A DNA stretch of 32,000 nt. Origin: Erysipelotrichaceae bacterium MTC7. GTDB lineage: Bacteria; Bacillota_I; Bacilli_A; Erysipelotrichales; Erysipelotrichaceae. This document shows positions 9,102 through 21,884 of the stretch, in pieces. The position numbers and the translations under genes are program-made. Where the stretch lies: assembly GCA_001695645.1 (NCBI GenBank), contig LVZN01000019.1:2667-34666 (forward strand). The letters run 5' to 3'. The notes beneath the pieces are model-generated. The model searched no databases. It worked only from the letters and a program-made list of their open reading frames with translations, and was not told the origin of the DNA. Position 1 is the first letter of the stretch. Each line of letters opens with the position of its first letter.

Positions 9102-11249
9102 TTGGATATTTTAAACGGATTAAATGCAAAACAAAAGGAAGCAGTCACCACAATTGATTCACATTTGCGAATCGTTGCTGGAGCGGGAAGTGGTAAAACA
9201 CGTGTTATTACAACACGAATTGCCTATTTGATTATGGAAAAGCATGTGGCTCCATATCGCATACTTGCTATCACCTTTACAAATAAAGCCGCAAACGAAA
9301 TGAAAGAACGTGTGGAAACGATTCTTGGCGTAAAAAACAGTGGGGTCCTACTATCCACAATTCATAGTTTATGTGTACGGATTCTGCGTGAAGAAATCCG
9401 TTATTTTGACTATCCACGTAACTTTGTTATTTTGGATGGTGATGATCAAAAGTCCATTTTAAAGGATATTTATAAAAAACATGAAATTGAAGTGAAAAGT
9501 GCACCATATGGACAATCCCTTGGCTATATCAGCAATAATAAAACCAATTTGATTGGAGCTGGTAAAGCCTATGATATGGCTAACTACGAGCATGAAAAAC
9601 TACTTGCAACCATTTACCTGGATTACGAAAAGAAATTAAACGATATGCAAGCCCTCGATTTTGATGACTTGTTATTGTTCGTGTATCGTCTTTTTCAAGA
9701 GAACATCGAAGTTCGTGAGAAATGGCAAAGAAGATACGATTATATACATGTTGATGAATTCCAAGATGTGGATATGATTCAATACGGAATTGTTCGTTAC
9801 TTATGTGGACCATCGTGTATTTTATGTGTTGTTGGTGATCCAGATCAAACCATTTACACATGGCGTGGTGCAAAAGTCGATATCATTATGAACTTTAAAA
9901 AAGATTTTAAAGGATGTAAGAGTATTGTCTTAAATGAAAACTATCGTTCAACTAAAACGATCTTACAAGCTGCCAACAGTTTGATAAAACACAATGAATA
10001 TCGAATCGATAAAGATTTGTTTACAGCAAATGAAGATGACAACAAAATTAGCTTCTATGAGTCCCAAGATGAAGCGCATGAAGCTTTATGGATTGCGAAG
10101 AAAATCATCTCATTACATAAAGAAGGGGTTCCATACCATCAAATTGCCATCTTATATAGAAGTAACTATTTGTCACGAAACTTGGAAAAAGTGTTGCTTG
10201 ATGGAAATATACCGTATCGTATTTACGGTTCTGTGAAGTTCTTTGAACGTGCAGAAATTAAAGATGCACTGAGTTATTTGCGTTTGATGATCACCGATAA
10301 TAAAAGTATGGGTGAACTTGCAATCAAGCGTATTTTAAATGTGCCAAAACGTGGAGCTGGACCTAAGACGATGGAAACGATGGACATCTTGGCAGAAAGT
10401 CATGACCATGACTATTTTGAAACCATTCGTTTGCATCCAATTGCAAAAGGAAAGACCCAACAAAATATCGATCGTTTTGTAGATTTGATTTTGAAATATC
10501 GTAAAGAAACTGAAACGTTGGCAATTTCCATCATCATTCGTAAATTGCTTGAAGAAAGTGGATATTTTAAAATGCTTGAAGATGCAAATGAAATGGACCG
10601 TTTGGACAACATTAACGAGTTGATTCATGATATTGAAAACTATGAAGAAAACAATCCTGAAGGAACACTTGATGATTACTTACAGATGATTGCTTTATAT
10701 ACCGATACACAAGATGAAGGTTTAAACGAGTCCGTTCAATTGATGAGTGTACATAGTGCAAAAGGTTTGGAATTTGATTGTGTCTTTGTGTATTCGGTTG
10801 CCGAAGGTATTTTTCCAAATGAACGTAGTGTCAATGAAGGTGGAAAACACGCCCTTGAAGAAGAGAGACGTCTAGCGTATGTTGCATTTACTAGAGCACG
10901 CAAACGTTTATTTTTAACGACATCAGTCGGACTAAGTTACATAACAGGACGTATGAAAACAACCAGTCGCTTTGTAAAAGAACTCGGTGATGACGTCTTA
11001 AATAAAGAAGGTGAAATCTTCCAAGGCTACAAAGCGAAAAAAGATGATGGAATTCAAAGAACGTCTTCATCAAGTATGCCAAAAAGTACACGAAAGAATA
11101 GTTTACGCAAAGGTGACTTAATTCATCATGATGCCTTTGGTGATGGTGTTGTTATCAAAATCAATGATGGTGTTGCACAAATCGCATTTGATAAGAAGTT
11201 TGGAATTAAGAAACTTGCGGCAAATCATCACATGTTACATAAAAAATAG
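9102..11249 (+). CDS. pcrA: ATP-dependent DNA helicase PcrA (UvrD/Rep superfamily 1)
   Basis: LNAKQKEAV, AGAGSGKT (Walker A), VDEFQD, VGDPDQTIYTWRGA, ENYRST, SVHSAKGLEF, and a C-terminal Tudor-like tail. TTG start. Located upstream of ligA as in Bacillus. Confidence 0.93.
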   Translation: MDILNGLNAKQKEAVTTIDSHLRIVAGAGSGKTRVITTRIAYLIMEKHVAPYRILAITFTNKAANEMKERVETILGVKNSGVLLSTIHSLCVRILREEIRYFDYPRNFVILDGDDQKSILKDIYKKHEIEVKSAPYGQSLGYISNNKTNLIGAGKAYDMANYEHEKLLATIYLDYEKKLNDMQALDFDDLLLFVYRLFQENIEVREKWQRRYDYIHVDEFQDVDMIQYGIVRYLCGPSCILCVVGDPDQTIYTWRGAKVDIIMNFKKDFKGCKSIVLNENYRSTKTILQAANSLIKHNEYRIDKDLFTANEDDNKISFYESQDEAHEALWIAKKIISLHKEGVPYHQIAILYRSNYLSRNLEKVLLDGNIPYRIYGSVKFFERAEIKDALSYLRLMITDNKSMGELAIKRILNVPKRGAGPKTMETMDILAESHDHDYFETIRLHPIAKGKTQQNIDRFVDLILKYRKETETLAISIIIRKLLEESGYFKMLEDANEMDRLDNINELIHDIENYEENNPEGTLDDYLQMIALYTDTQDEGLNESVQLMSVHSAKGLEFDCVFVYSVAEGIFPNERSVNEGGKHALEEERRLAYVAFTRARKRLFLTTSVGLSYITGRMKTTSRFVKELGDDVLNKEGEIFQGYKAKKDDGIQRTSSSSMPKSTRKNSLRKGDLIHHDAFGDGVVIKINDGVAQIAFDKKFGIKKLAANHHMLHKK

Positions 11250-14364
<3,115 letters not shown>

Positions 14365-14374
14365 AAGGAGCATT

Positions 14375-14665
14375 ATGGAAAAAGATAAGGCATATTTTCG
14401 TAAGTTAGCAAATCAAATTATGTTTGATTTGAGCGATGAAGAACTAGAAGAACTGAAAAAAGAATTCGAAGTAACGATTCGTAAAATGGACTTACTTGAT
14501 AAAATTAATACTGACGATGTTAAAGAAATGGTATATCCATTTGAAGGGGAAACGCATTTTCTACGTGAAGATGTTGTTGATCGTGTCGTAACACAAGAAG
14601 AAGCATTAGCAAATGCTCCAGAAGTAAGAGAAGGGCAAGTGTTAGTGCCTAAGGTGGTGAAATAA
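14375..14665 (+). CDS. gatC: Asp/Glu-tRNA amidotransferase subunit C
   Basis: 96 aa, immediately upstream of and overlapping gatA. Typical acidic GatC sequence. Confidence 0.9.
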   Translation: MEKDKAYFRKLANQIMFDLSDEELEELKKEFEVTIRKMDLLDKINTDDVKEMVYPFEGETHFLREDVVDRVVTQEEALANAPEVREGQVLVPKVVK

Positions 14666-16077
14666 TGCGCATTCAAGATTGTAAAGAAAAAGAGTTAAAC
14701 AAGCTTGTTGACTTACAAGCAAAACTTGTAAAAGCCAATGAAAAACTCAATGCGGTTGTTTCATACTGTGACGTGGATGCACAGTTAGAAAACTATACAG
14801 CACCAACAGATGCTCCACTTTATGGAACCCCTGTTGTTTTAAAAGACAACATTTCAACAAAAGGTGTAAGAACAACTGCATCAAGTCGTATATTAGATAA
14901 CTATGTACCATTTTACGATGCAACCGTAGTTAAAAAGCTACGCGATGCTGGAGCTATTTTCACTTGTAAAAGTGCTATGGATGAACTTGGAATGGGTGGT
15001 ACAGGACTTAATGCCTACACTGGAAAAGTTAACAACCCTTACGATTTAGAGCGAATTACCGGGGGAAGTAGTAGTGGTTCTGCGGCATTAGTTGCTGCTG
15101 GACTAAGCCCACTTGCCATTGGAACTGATACTGGAGATAGTATTCGTAAGCCCGCTGCCTATTGTGGAATCGTTGGGGTTAAACCAACCTATGGACGTAT
15201 TTCGCGTTACGGTGTGATTCCATATGCATCAAGTTTGGATCACGTAGGGTATTTTACAACCAACATCCAAGATGCTGCGCTTGCTTTAGAAGTTATGGCT
15301 GGACGTGATGATCAAGATATGACATCTTCATATGAAGAAGTAGCACCATATGCAAGCTTGTTAAAAGCCGATTTAAAAGGAAAGAAAATCGGAATTATCA
15401 GCAACGTAGTTGATGCAATTGTAGATCCAAGATTTAGACCATCATTTGATGCGTTTACCAAAAAACTTGAACAACAAGGTGCTATTTTAGAAATGGTTAC
15501 CTTTGATCAAGATTTAATGAATGCCTTGTTACCAACGTATTTTATTATTTCTAATGCAGAAGCTACAGCTAACCACAGCAACCTTGATGGGATTCGTTTT
15601 GGTATGCGTGAACCTGGAGCTGACTTAACTGAAATTATGATTAACTCGAGAACCAAAGGGTTCAGTAGTGAAGTAAGAAAACGTTTCGTTATTGGATCGT
15701 ACAGTTTATTTACCGAAAACCAAGAAAAGATCTTTAGAAAGGCACAAAAAGTGCGTCGTGTGATTGTCGAAGCTCTTGATGATGCGTTGAAGAATTATGA
15801 TATATTACTTGCACCTGCTGCAGGTACACTTGCACCTAAGCCAGATGAATCGTTTGGTGAAGACTTAAACAATACATTTATGGTTGCAGAAAATCACATG
15901 TTACTTGGAAACTTTAGTGGATATCCTTCCATTACGGTACCATACGATGTCGTTGATACAATGCCTGTTGCCATCAATTTACTTGCACGTGCTTTCGATG
16001 AACAAACGATGTTTAATGTCGCTAAAGGAATTGAAGATATTACTGGTTTAGCAGGAATGACAAAGGAGGATTTCTAA
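14665..16077 (+). CDS. gatA: Asp/Glu-tRNA amidotransferase subunit A
   Basis: Amidase signature GGSSSGSAALVAAG and KDNISTKG. Confidence 0.95.
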   Translation: MRIQDCKEKELNKLVDLQAKLVKANEKLNAVVSYCDVDAQLENYTAPTDAPLYGTPVVLKDNISTKGVRTTASSRILDNYVPFYDATVVKKLRDAGAIFTCKSAMDELGMGGTGLNAYTGKVNNPYDLERITGGSSSGSAALVAAGLSPLAIGTDTGDSIRKPAAYCGIVGVKPTYGRISRYGVIPYASSLDHVGYFTTNIQDAALALEVMAGRDDQDMTSSYEEVAPYASLLKADLKGKKIGIISNVVDAIVDPRFRPSFDAFTKKLEQQGAILEMVTFDQDLMNALLPTYFIISNAEATANHSNLDGIRFGMREPGADLTEIMINSRTKGFSSEVRKRFVIGSYSLFTENQEKIFRKAQKVRRVIVEALDDALKNYDILLAPAAGTLAPKPDESFGEDLNNTFMVAENHMLLGNFSGYPSITVPYDVVDTMPVAINLLARAFDEQTMFNVAKGIEDITGLAGMTKEDF

Positions 16078-16078
16078 G

Positions 16079-17503
16079 ATGAATTTTGAAGTCATTATTG
16101 GGATTGAAATCCACTGTGAATTAAAAACAAACACAAAAATGTTCTCAAGTGCACCATTAAGTTTTGCAGCTGTACCTAATACATGTACAAATGAAATCGA
16201 TTTAGGTATGCCAGGAACATTACCTTGCGTTAACAAGGATGCAGTAAAAAGTGCAGTAAAAGCTTGTTTAGCAACCAACTGTACAATTGATACACTCATT
16301 CGCTTTGATCGTAAAAATTACTACTATTCCGATTTGCCAAAAGGGTTTCAAATTACACAACAATTCTATCCAATTGGTAGTCATGGAAAAGTAAATATTC
16401 AAACCGATGAAGGCACAAAAGAAATTCGTTTGAACCGTATTCATATGGAAGAGGATACAGCAAAACAATTCCATACAGATGCAGGAACGATGATTGACTT
16501 TAACCGTGCTGGAACACCATTGATTGAAATTGTTAGTGAACCAGATATGCGCAATGGAAAAGAAGCTGCAGCCTATGTAGAAGAAATCCGAAAAACATTA
16601 TATTACCTTGGAGTCAGTGATGTACGTATGGAAGAAGGTTCTCTTCGTTGTGATGTCAACATTTCACTGCGACCATACGGAAGTGATGTACTTGGGGCAA
16701 AAGCAGAAATCAAGAACTTGAACTCAATTGCAAACGTACAACGTGCCATTGAATATGAAATGAAACGTCAAAACGATATTCTTTTAGCTGGTGGAGTTGT
16801 TACTCAAGCTACCTTACGTTACGATGAAGCAACACGACAAACGGTAGAAATGCGAAAAAAGGAAGGAGCTGTGGATTACAAATACTTCCCAGAACCAAAC
16901 ATTTTCCCAATTCGTATTGATGAAGCTTTGATGCAAGACATCAAAGAAAATATGCCAGAATTACCAAAAGAACGTTACCAAACCTATGTCACAACCTATG
17001 AACTTAGTGATTATGATGCAAACACGCTAGTGGCCAATAAAGAATTATCTGATTTCTTTAACGAAGCTGTTGCACATACAAAAGAATACAAGCTCGTTGC
17101 CAACTGGTTGCTTGGTGATGTAAGTGCCTATTTAAATAAAAACGGACTGCAAATTCAAGATAGTAAACTTGAAGCCAAAGAGCTTGCAAGCATGATTGAC
17201 ATGGTTGCAAACCGTGAGATTTCTAGTAAACAAGCCAAAGAAGTATTTGAAGGTATTGTTGAAGGAAAAAGTGCAAAAGCCGTTGTAAAAGAAAAAGGTA
17301 TGGAACAATTAAGTGATCCAAATGCGATCCTAGATCTTGTAAAACAAGTGTTAGATGCAAATCCACAATCAATTGAAGATTTCAAAAACGGTAAAGACCG
17401 TGCTGTTGGTTTCTTAGTGGGTCAAGTTATGAAATTATCGAAAGGTCAAGCCAACCCAGGTCTTACAAACAAGTTGCTTGTTGAAGAATTAAACAAAAGA
17501 TAG
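16079..17503 (+). CDS. gatB: Asp/Glu-tRNA amidotransferase subunit B
   Basis: IGIEIHCEL, NRAGTPLIEIVSEPD, C-terminal YqeY-like tail. Confidence 0.95.
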   Translation: MNFEVIIGIEIHCELKTNTKMFSSAPLSFAAVPNTCTNEIDLGMPGTLPCVNKDAVKSAVKACLATNCTIDTLIRFDRKNYYYSDLPKGFQITQQFYPIGSHGKVNIQTDEGTKEIRLNRIHMEEDTAKQFHTDAGTMIDFNRAGTPLIEIVSEPDMRNGKEAAAYVEEIRKTLYYLGVSDVRMEEGSLRCDVNISLRPYGSDVLGAKAEIKNLNSIANVQRAIEYEMKRQNDILLAGGVVTQATLRYDEATRQTVEMRKKEGAVDYKYFPEPNIFPIRIDEALMQDIKENMPELPKERYQTYVTTYELSDYDANTLVANKELSDFFNEAVAHTKEYKLVANWLLGDVSAYLNKNGLQIQDSKLEAKELASMIDMVANREISSKQAKEVFEGIVEGKSAKAVVKEKGMEQLSDPNAILDLVKQVLDANPQSIEDFKNGKDRAVGFLVGQVMKLSKGQANPGLTNKLLVEELNKR

Positions 17504-17530
17504 TAAAATAGGTAAGACAAGGAGAGTTAC

Positions 17531-18130
17531 ATGGCGATACTCAAACAATCAAACAAAGGAAATAAAAAAACAAAACATCGACCAAACTGGTTGTTGCGAT
17601 TCACGATTGTGGTTGTGGCAATTCCATGTTTGATTCTTGCTTTTGTATTACTTACATCGTTGGGTTCTTCCAACAAACCGGTCGTTGGTGATCGTTTTGA
17701 AGGTCAACTCAACCCAAAAATTGAAAGTGGTAAAACAAAGGAAATCAAGGCTTTACTTGCATATCCTGAAGCAGAAAGCGTATCTGTCAATCTTAAAAGT
17801 GCAACGTTACGCATCACCATCAACTGTCTTGATGATGTGAATAACGATCAAATTGCAGCTATTGTGAATGACGCATATGCAAAAGTAGATTCTGTATTAC
17901 CCATTGGTACGTATTTCACCAACAAAGATAAAACAAAAATGTATGATTTAGAAATACAGGTTTATAATTATCTACCTGATGAAAGTCGACCAACAAACAT
18001 TCATTACGTACTTGTAAAGAATGCTAGTGCAGAAGCACAACATGTAGATAATGTCTCAGCTGCTAAAGATCAAGAAGTCGCAGACAAACTACAATCATAT
18101 CCTAAACAAGGAGAAACCGTCGGGCAATAA
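17531..18130 (+). CDS. Membrane-anchored hypothetical protein
   Basis: 199 aa with a basic N-terminus, one TM helix (LLRFTIVVVAIPCLILAFVLL) and RBS AAGGAGAG. No recognisable domain. Confidence 0.6.
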   Translation: MAILKQSNKGNKKTKHRPNWLLRFTIVVVAIPCLILAFVLLTSLGSSNKPVVGDRFEGQLNPKIESGKTKEIKALLAYPEAESVSVNLKSATLRITINCLDDVNNDQIAAIVNDAYAKVDSVLPIGTYFTNKDKTKMYDLEIQVYNYLPDESRPTNIHYVLVKNASAEAQHVDNVSAAKDQEVADKLQSYPKQGETVGQ

Positions 18131-18144
18131 TGTCCGACTTTTTT
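18119..18144 (+). terminator. Weak terminator/attenuator hairpin before the methyltransferase gene
   Basis: gtcgg(g)c-aataat-g(t)ccgac followed by TTTTTT. The stop codon lies in the loop. Confidence 0.45.
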
Positions 18145-18155
18145 GGAGGAATGCA

Positions 18156-19472
18156 ATGAAAGAAAAAATACGTTTAACTGGTACGGTTATAGATTATACA
18201 TACGATGGAATGGGTGTTGTTAAAGTGGATAACTTCACGTATTTTGTACGTGGGGTTTTGTTGCATGAAGAAGTTGAATTTCTTGTTTTAAAACGCAATA
18301 AAAACTTAGGATATGGAAAAGTGGAACGAATTATAAAAGAAAGCGAACATCGTATTATACCTTCATGTCCATACTTTCCAAAATGTGGAGGATGTCATAT
18401 CATGCATATGGATGAACAAGCCCAATTGGACTTCAAACATCGCATTGTAAAACAAAATATCAAGAACATTGGAAAACTAGACATTGAAGTGCGCAAACCA
18501 CTTGCTAGTAATGCCTATCATTATCGCAACAAAGCGCAGTTTCCTGTACAAGCACAACCATTTGCAATGGGGTTTTATCGACAACGTTCCAATGATTTGG
18601 TCGATATTCAGACCTGTCTTGTACAAAGTGAATTAATCGATACCATTTACAAAGAATTACGTGCAATCAAAGATACAAGTTTTGTCGAAGATGTGCGTCA
18701 CGTGTTAATTAAACATGCATTTGTCAGTGGGGAAGTCATGGTTGCCTTTATCATGCGGAAGGATCATAAAGATGAAATTGCTGCATTTATGAAACCTTTA
18801 CTAGATAGATATCCGATCGTTTCTTTACTACAAAACATTAACACAAGAAATGATAATGTGATTTTAGGTGATCATATTGATGTGATTGATGGAAAACCAT
18901 CCATTGTTGAAGAACTTGATGGATTACAATTCCAAATTTCATTACATTCATTTTTTCAAATCAATCCAAAGCAAACCATTCATCTATATGATGAAGCAAT
19001 CAAAGCAGCGAATATCACCAAAGACGATACCGTGATTGATTTATATTGTGGTGTTGGAAGTATCACCTTGTTTCTTGCTAGACAAGCAAAGCATGTAACT
19101 GGAGTAGAAATCGTAGCTCCTGCAATTGAAAACGCCAAAATCAACCAACAGTTGAATCAAATAGACAATGTTTCATTTATTTGTAGTGATGCAGGTACAT
19201 ATGCAAGTAAAGTTGTCGCAAGTAAAAACTATCCGGACGTCATATTTGTGGATCCACCACGAAAAGGATTGGATGCATTAACCATTGAAAGTACGGTAAA
19301 AATGCAACCAAGAACAATCGCATATATTTCATGTAATCCAGCAACACTAGCAAGAGATATTGCGATATACAAAGAACATGGATATACGTGTGAATATGTA
19401 CAACCTGTAGATATGTTTCCAAACACGTATCACGTTGAGACGGTAGTATTGATGTCAAGGGTTGATAAGTAA
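18156..19472 (+). CDS. 23S rRNA (uracil-5-)-methyltransferase, RumA/RlmD/RlmCD family
   Basis: TRAM domain; Fe-S cysteines CPYFPKCGGCHIMH; SAM motif DLYCGVGSI; DPPRKG; nucleophile ISCNPATLARD. I prefer the ATG at 18156 (GGAGG RBS) over the ORF-track start at 18051, which overlaps the previous gene. Confidence 0.85.
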   Translation: MKEKIRLTGTVIDYTYDGMGVVKVDNFTYFVRGVLLHEEVEFLVLKRNKNLGYGKVERIIKESEHRIIPSCPYFPKCGGCHIMHMDEQAQLDFKHRIVKQNIKNIGKLDIEVRKPLASNAYHYRNKAQFPVQAQPFAMGFYRQRSNDLVDIQTCLVQSELIDTIYKELRAIKDTSFVEDVRHVLIKHAFVSGEVMVAFIMRKDHKDEIAAFMKPLLDRYPIVSLLQNINTRNDNVILGDHIDVIDGKPSIVEELDGLQFQISLHSFFQINPKQTIHLYDEAIKAANITKDDTVIDLYCGVGSITLFLARQAKHVTGVEIVAPAIENAKINQQLNQIDNVSFICSDAGTYASKVVASKNYPDVIFVDPPRKGLDALTIESTVKMQPRTIAYISCNPATLARDIAIYKEHGYTCEYVQPVDMFPNTYHVETVVLMSRVDK

Positions 19473-19502
19473 GCGTGTAATAAGATAAGTAAATAAAGGC
19501 TT

Positions 19503-19552
19503 TCCGTGATTTGAGGTCTGGTTCTAAGCCGGAAGGATAATCACGGATTTTT
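19503..19552 (+). terminator. Possible terminator of the methyltransferase gene
   Basis: tccgtgatt / aatcacgga 9-bp stem with a long 27-nt loop, followed by TTTTT. Confidence 0.4.
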
Positions 19553-19576
19553 GCTTTAAGGGAAGTTATCCAAGAT

Positions 19577-19659
19577 TGGTGAATTTGAAAGTCTGTCCAT
19601 GGAAAGATTTATTGGGGTGGTGAGTTGATAAAATGGTTGGCAAAATAATGGTGAGTTGA
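19577..19659 (+). repeat. Three direct copies of TGGTGA(A/G)TTGA at the core/island junction
   Basis: tggtgaatttga 19577-19588, tggtgagttga 19618-19628, tggtgagttga 19649-19659. The last two extend to tggtgagttgaNaNNatgg. Confidence 0.5.
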
Positions 19660-19750
19660 CATGATGGATAGAATAAATATAGTATCAATCTCTAGTGTCT
19701 AAGAGTATATTTTTTTAACTCCACTCTTCACTTATCTATCAAGTCTTATA

Positions 19751-19779
19751 TTGACAAAAGGACATCAGGGTGCTAAACT
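19751..19779 (+). promoter_or_regulatory. Sigma-A type promoter of the methylase gene
   Basis: TTGACA (19751-19756), 17-nt spacer, TAAACT (19774-19779). Confidence 0.55.
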
Positions 19780-19791
19780 AAATTAACAAGG

Positions 19792-21822
19792 ATGAAAGGG
19801 GATGTGAATTTGAGATTTATTGGATCGAAATCTAATTTAATTAACGAGATAGATAAGATAGTAAAAAAGAATATTCATGGAGATGAAGAAACATTTTTAG
19901 ATTTGTTTGCAGGGACAAATATCGTCGGAGAATACTTCAAAAAGGATTTTACGATTTATTCTAATGATATATTATATTTTAGCTACGTCAACGCAAAAGC
20001 TGTAATTGAAAATAACGGGAATTTGACATTTTCAAAGTTAAAGTTAGCGGGTATTGAATCTCCGCTAGACTATTTGCAGGAAAATGCCGAAAGATATATT
20101 CAGAATAGTGTCGTAGGTTACTATGAGCAAAACTATACGCCTACAGGGGGGGCGATGTATCTCACCGTACAAAATGGGAAAAGAATTGACTATATTAGGG
20201 ATAAGATTGATGTATGGAAAACTGAGAAGTTGATAACAGATAATGAATTCTACTATTTACTTTCATCGTTAATAGAATCTATCCCTTATGTTAGTAATAC
20301 TACGGGAACATATGGTGCGTATCTAAAACATTGGGATAAGAGAGCACTTAAATCATTAGAGCTTATACCTTTAGTTGTTCAGGATAACAAAAAAGAGAAC
20401 AAAGCATATAACGAAGATGCTAATATACTAATTAATAATAAAAAAGTGGATATTGCGTATATTGATACACCATATAATAATAGGCAATATGCTTCTAATT
20501 ATCATTTGCTAGAAAATATTGCTAAAAATGATAAACCAGAATTAAATGGCAAGACCAGAATTTTTGAATGGAGCAATTTAAAAAGTGATTACTCTATTAA
20601 GAGAAAAGCATTGACAGCAATGAAGGACTTATTAAATAATCTACAAGCTAAGCACATAATTTTGAGTTATAACAATGAAGGTATCATACCAGAGGATGAA
20701 TTAATATCATTGATGAAAGAAAATTCTTTTGATGGGACAGTTCAGATAGAAAGAATTCCGTATCGGAAATACAAGTCAAAGAAACCTTCTAAAAGCGATG
20801 AATTATATGAAATTCTTATTTATGTTCAGAAGGAGGCAATTACTAATAAAAAGAGTAAAAGTATGTACATTGCTAAATCAAAACCAAGTAAATGGATTGG
20901 AGAAAAGCAGCGTTTAATCAAAAGTCCTCTAAACTATATAGGTGGAAAGTTCAAGTTGCTAAAGCAGATTCTTCCGTTGTTTCCCTCTGAGATAGATACG
21001 TTTGTTGATCTATTTAGTGGGGGGGCTAATGTTGGAATCAATGTGGAAGCTAAACATTATATTTTTAATGATATGAACAATCGGATTAATGAGATGTTTC
21101 GCTATTTTGCAAAACAAGAAGTAGAATATCTAATAGGTAGTATACGAAAGAGAATTGCTGAATATGACTTAACTAAGGAAAATGAGGAAGGGTATTTAGA
21201 ATTTAGAAATCAATATAATAAAAATCCAAATCCATTAGATTTATATGTGTTGGTATCGTTTAGTTATAATTATCAGTTTCGTTTTAATAACTCCATGGAA
21301 TTTAACAATCCATTTGGACGCAACAGGAGTAGGTTCAGTGATAATATGGAAAAAAACTTAAGATTATTTGTCAACAAACTACACGAAATAGATGCCGAAT
21401 TTACAGATGAGTTTTTCAATGAATTAGATTTATCTTGGTTGGGTGAAAAGGATTTTGTTTATTTAGATCCTCCGTATTTAATAACTACTGGTAACTATAA
21501 TGATGGAAACAGAGGGTTTGTAAACTGGGGTATAGAACAAGAACGTGATATGTATAAATTGATGGACAAACTATCAAGGCAAGGAGTGAGGTATGCCCTT
21601 AGTAATGTAATAGAACATAAAGGTAAAAAAAACGAGCTACTTAAGGAATATATAAATACATCAAACGTAAGAGTCCATTATTTAGAATATAACTATAATA
21701 ACTCGTCTCATAACTCCAAGGGAACAGGGAGTACCGAAGTATTAATTACGAACTATGAGACAAGCAATTTCGATTTACTAACAGATAGAATTGGTTCTAT
21801 TCGAAAAATTGCAAGTTCATAA
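19792..21822 (+). CDS. Fused two-domain N6-adenine DNA methyltransferase (M.FokI-like, Type IIS)
   Basis: Two Dam/D12-class modules. The N-module has RFIGSK, FLDLFAGTNIVG and DTPY (nt 20464-20475). The C-module has LNYIGGKFKLL, FVDLFSGGANVG and DPPY (nt 21466-21477). The real start may be the TTG at 19810, which has a better RBS (AAAGGGGA). Confidence 0.85.
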   Translation: MKGDVNLRFIGSKSNLINEIDKIVKKNIHGDEETFLDLFAGTNIVGEYFKKDFTIYSNDILYFSYVNAKAVIENNGNLTFSKLKLAGIESPLDYLQENAERYIQNSVVGYYEQNYTPTGGAMYLTVQNGKRIDYIRDKIDVWKTEKLITDNEFYYLLSSLIESIPYVSNTTGTYGAYLKHWDKRALKSLELIPLVVQDNKKENKAYNEDANILINNKKVDIAYIDTPYNNRQYASNYHLLENIAKNDKPELNGKTRIFEWSNLKSDYSIKRKALTAMKDLLNNLQAKHIILSYNNEGIIPEDELISLMKENSFDGTVQIERIPYRKYKSKKPSKSDELYEILIYVQKEAITNKKSKSMYIAKSKPSKWIGEKQRLIKSPLNYIGGKFKLLKQILPLFPSEIDTFVDLFSGGANVGINVEAKHYIFNDMNNRINEMFRYFAKQEVEYLIGSIRKRIAEYDLTKENEEGYLEFRNQYNKNPNPLDLYVLVSFSYNYQFRFNNSMEFNNPFGRNRSRFSDNMEKNLRLFVNKLHEIDAEFTDEFFNELDLSWLGEKDFVYLDPPYLITTGNYNDGNRGFVNWGIEQERDMYKLMDKLSRQGVRYALSNVIEHKGKKNELLKEYINTSNVRVHYLEYNYNNSSHNSKGTGSTEVLITNYETSNFDLLTDRIGSIRKIASS

Positions 21823-21833
21823 TAAAAGAGTTT

Positions 21834-21874
21834 AAGTGCACAAAACTTGAGATAATCCCGAAGTCTGTGCACTT
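21834..21874. terminator. Bidirectional terminator between the convergent M and R genes
   Basis: aagtgcaca / tgtgcactt 9-bp stem, extended by actt/aagt, flanked by T-rich sequence. Confidence 0.65.
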
Positions 21875-21884
21875 AATTTATTTG

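Noticed and set aside
18051-18155. Upstream ATG extending the methyltransferase ORF by 35 aa
   Set aside because: The extension overlaps the preceding gene's 3' end and the hairpin plus T-run. The ATG at 18156 has a GGAGG RBS and starts right at the TRAM domain.
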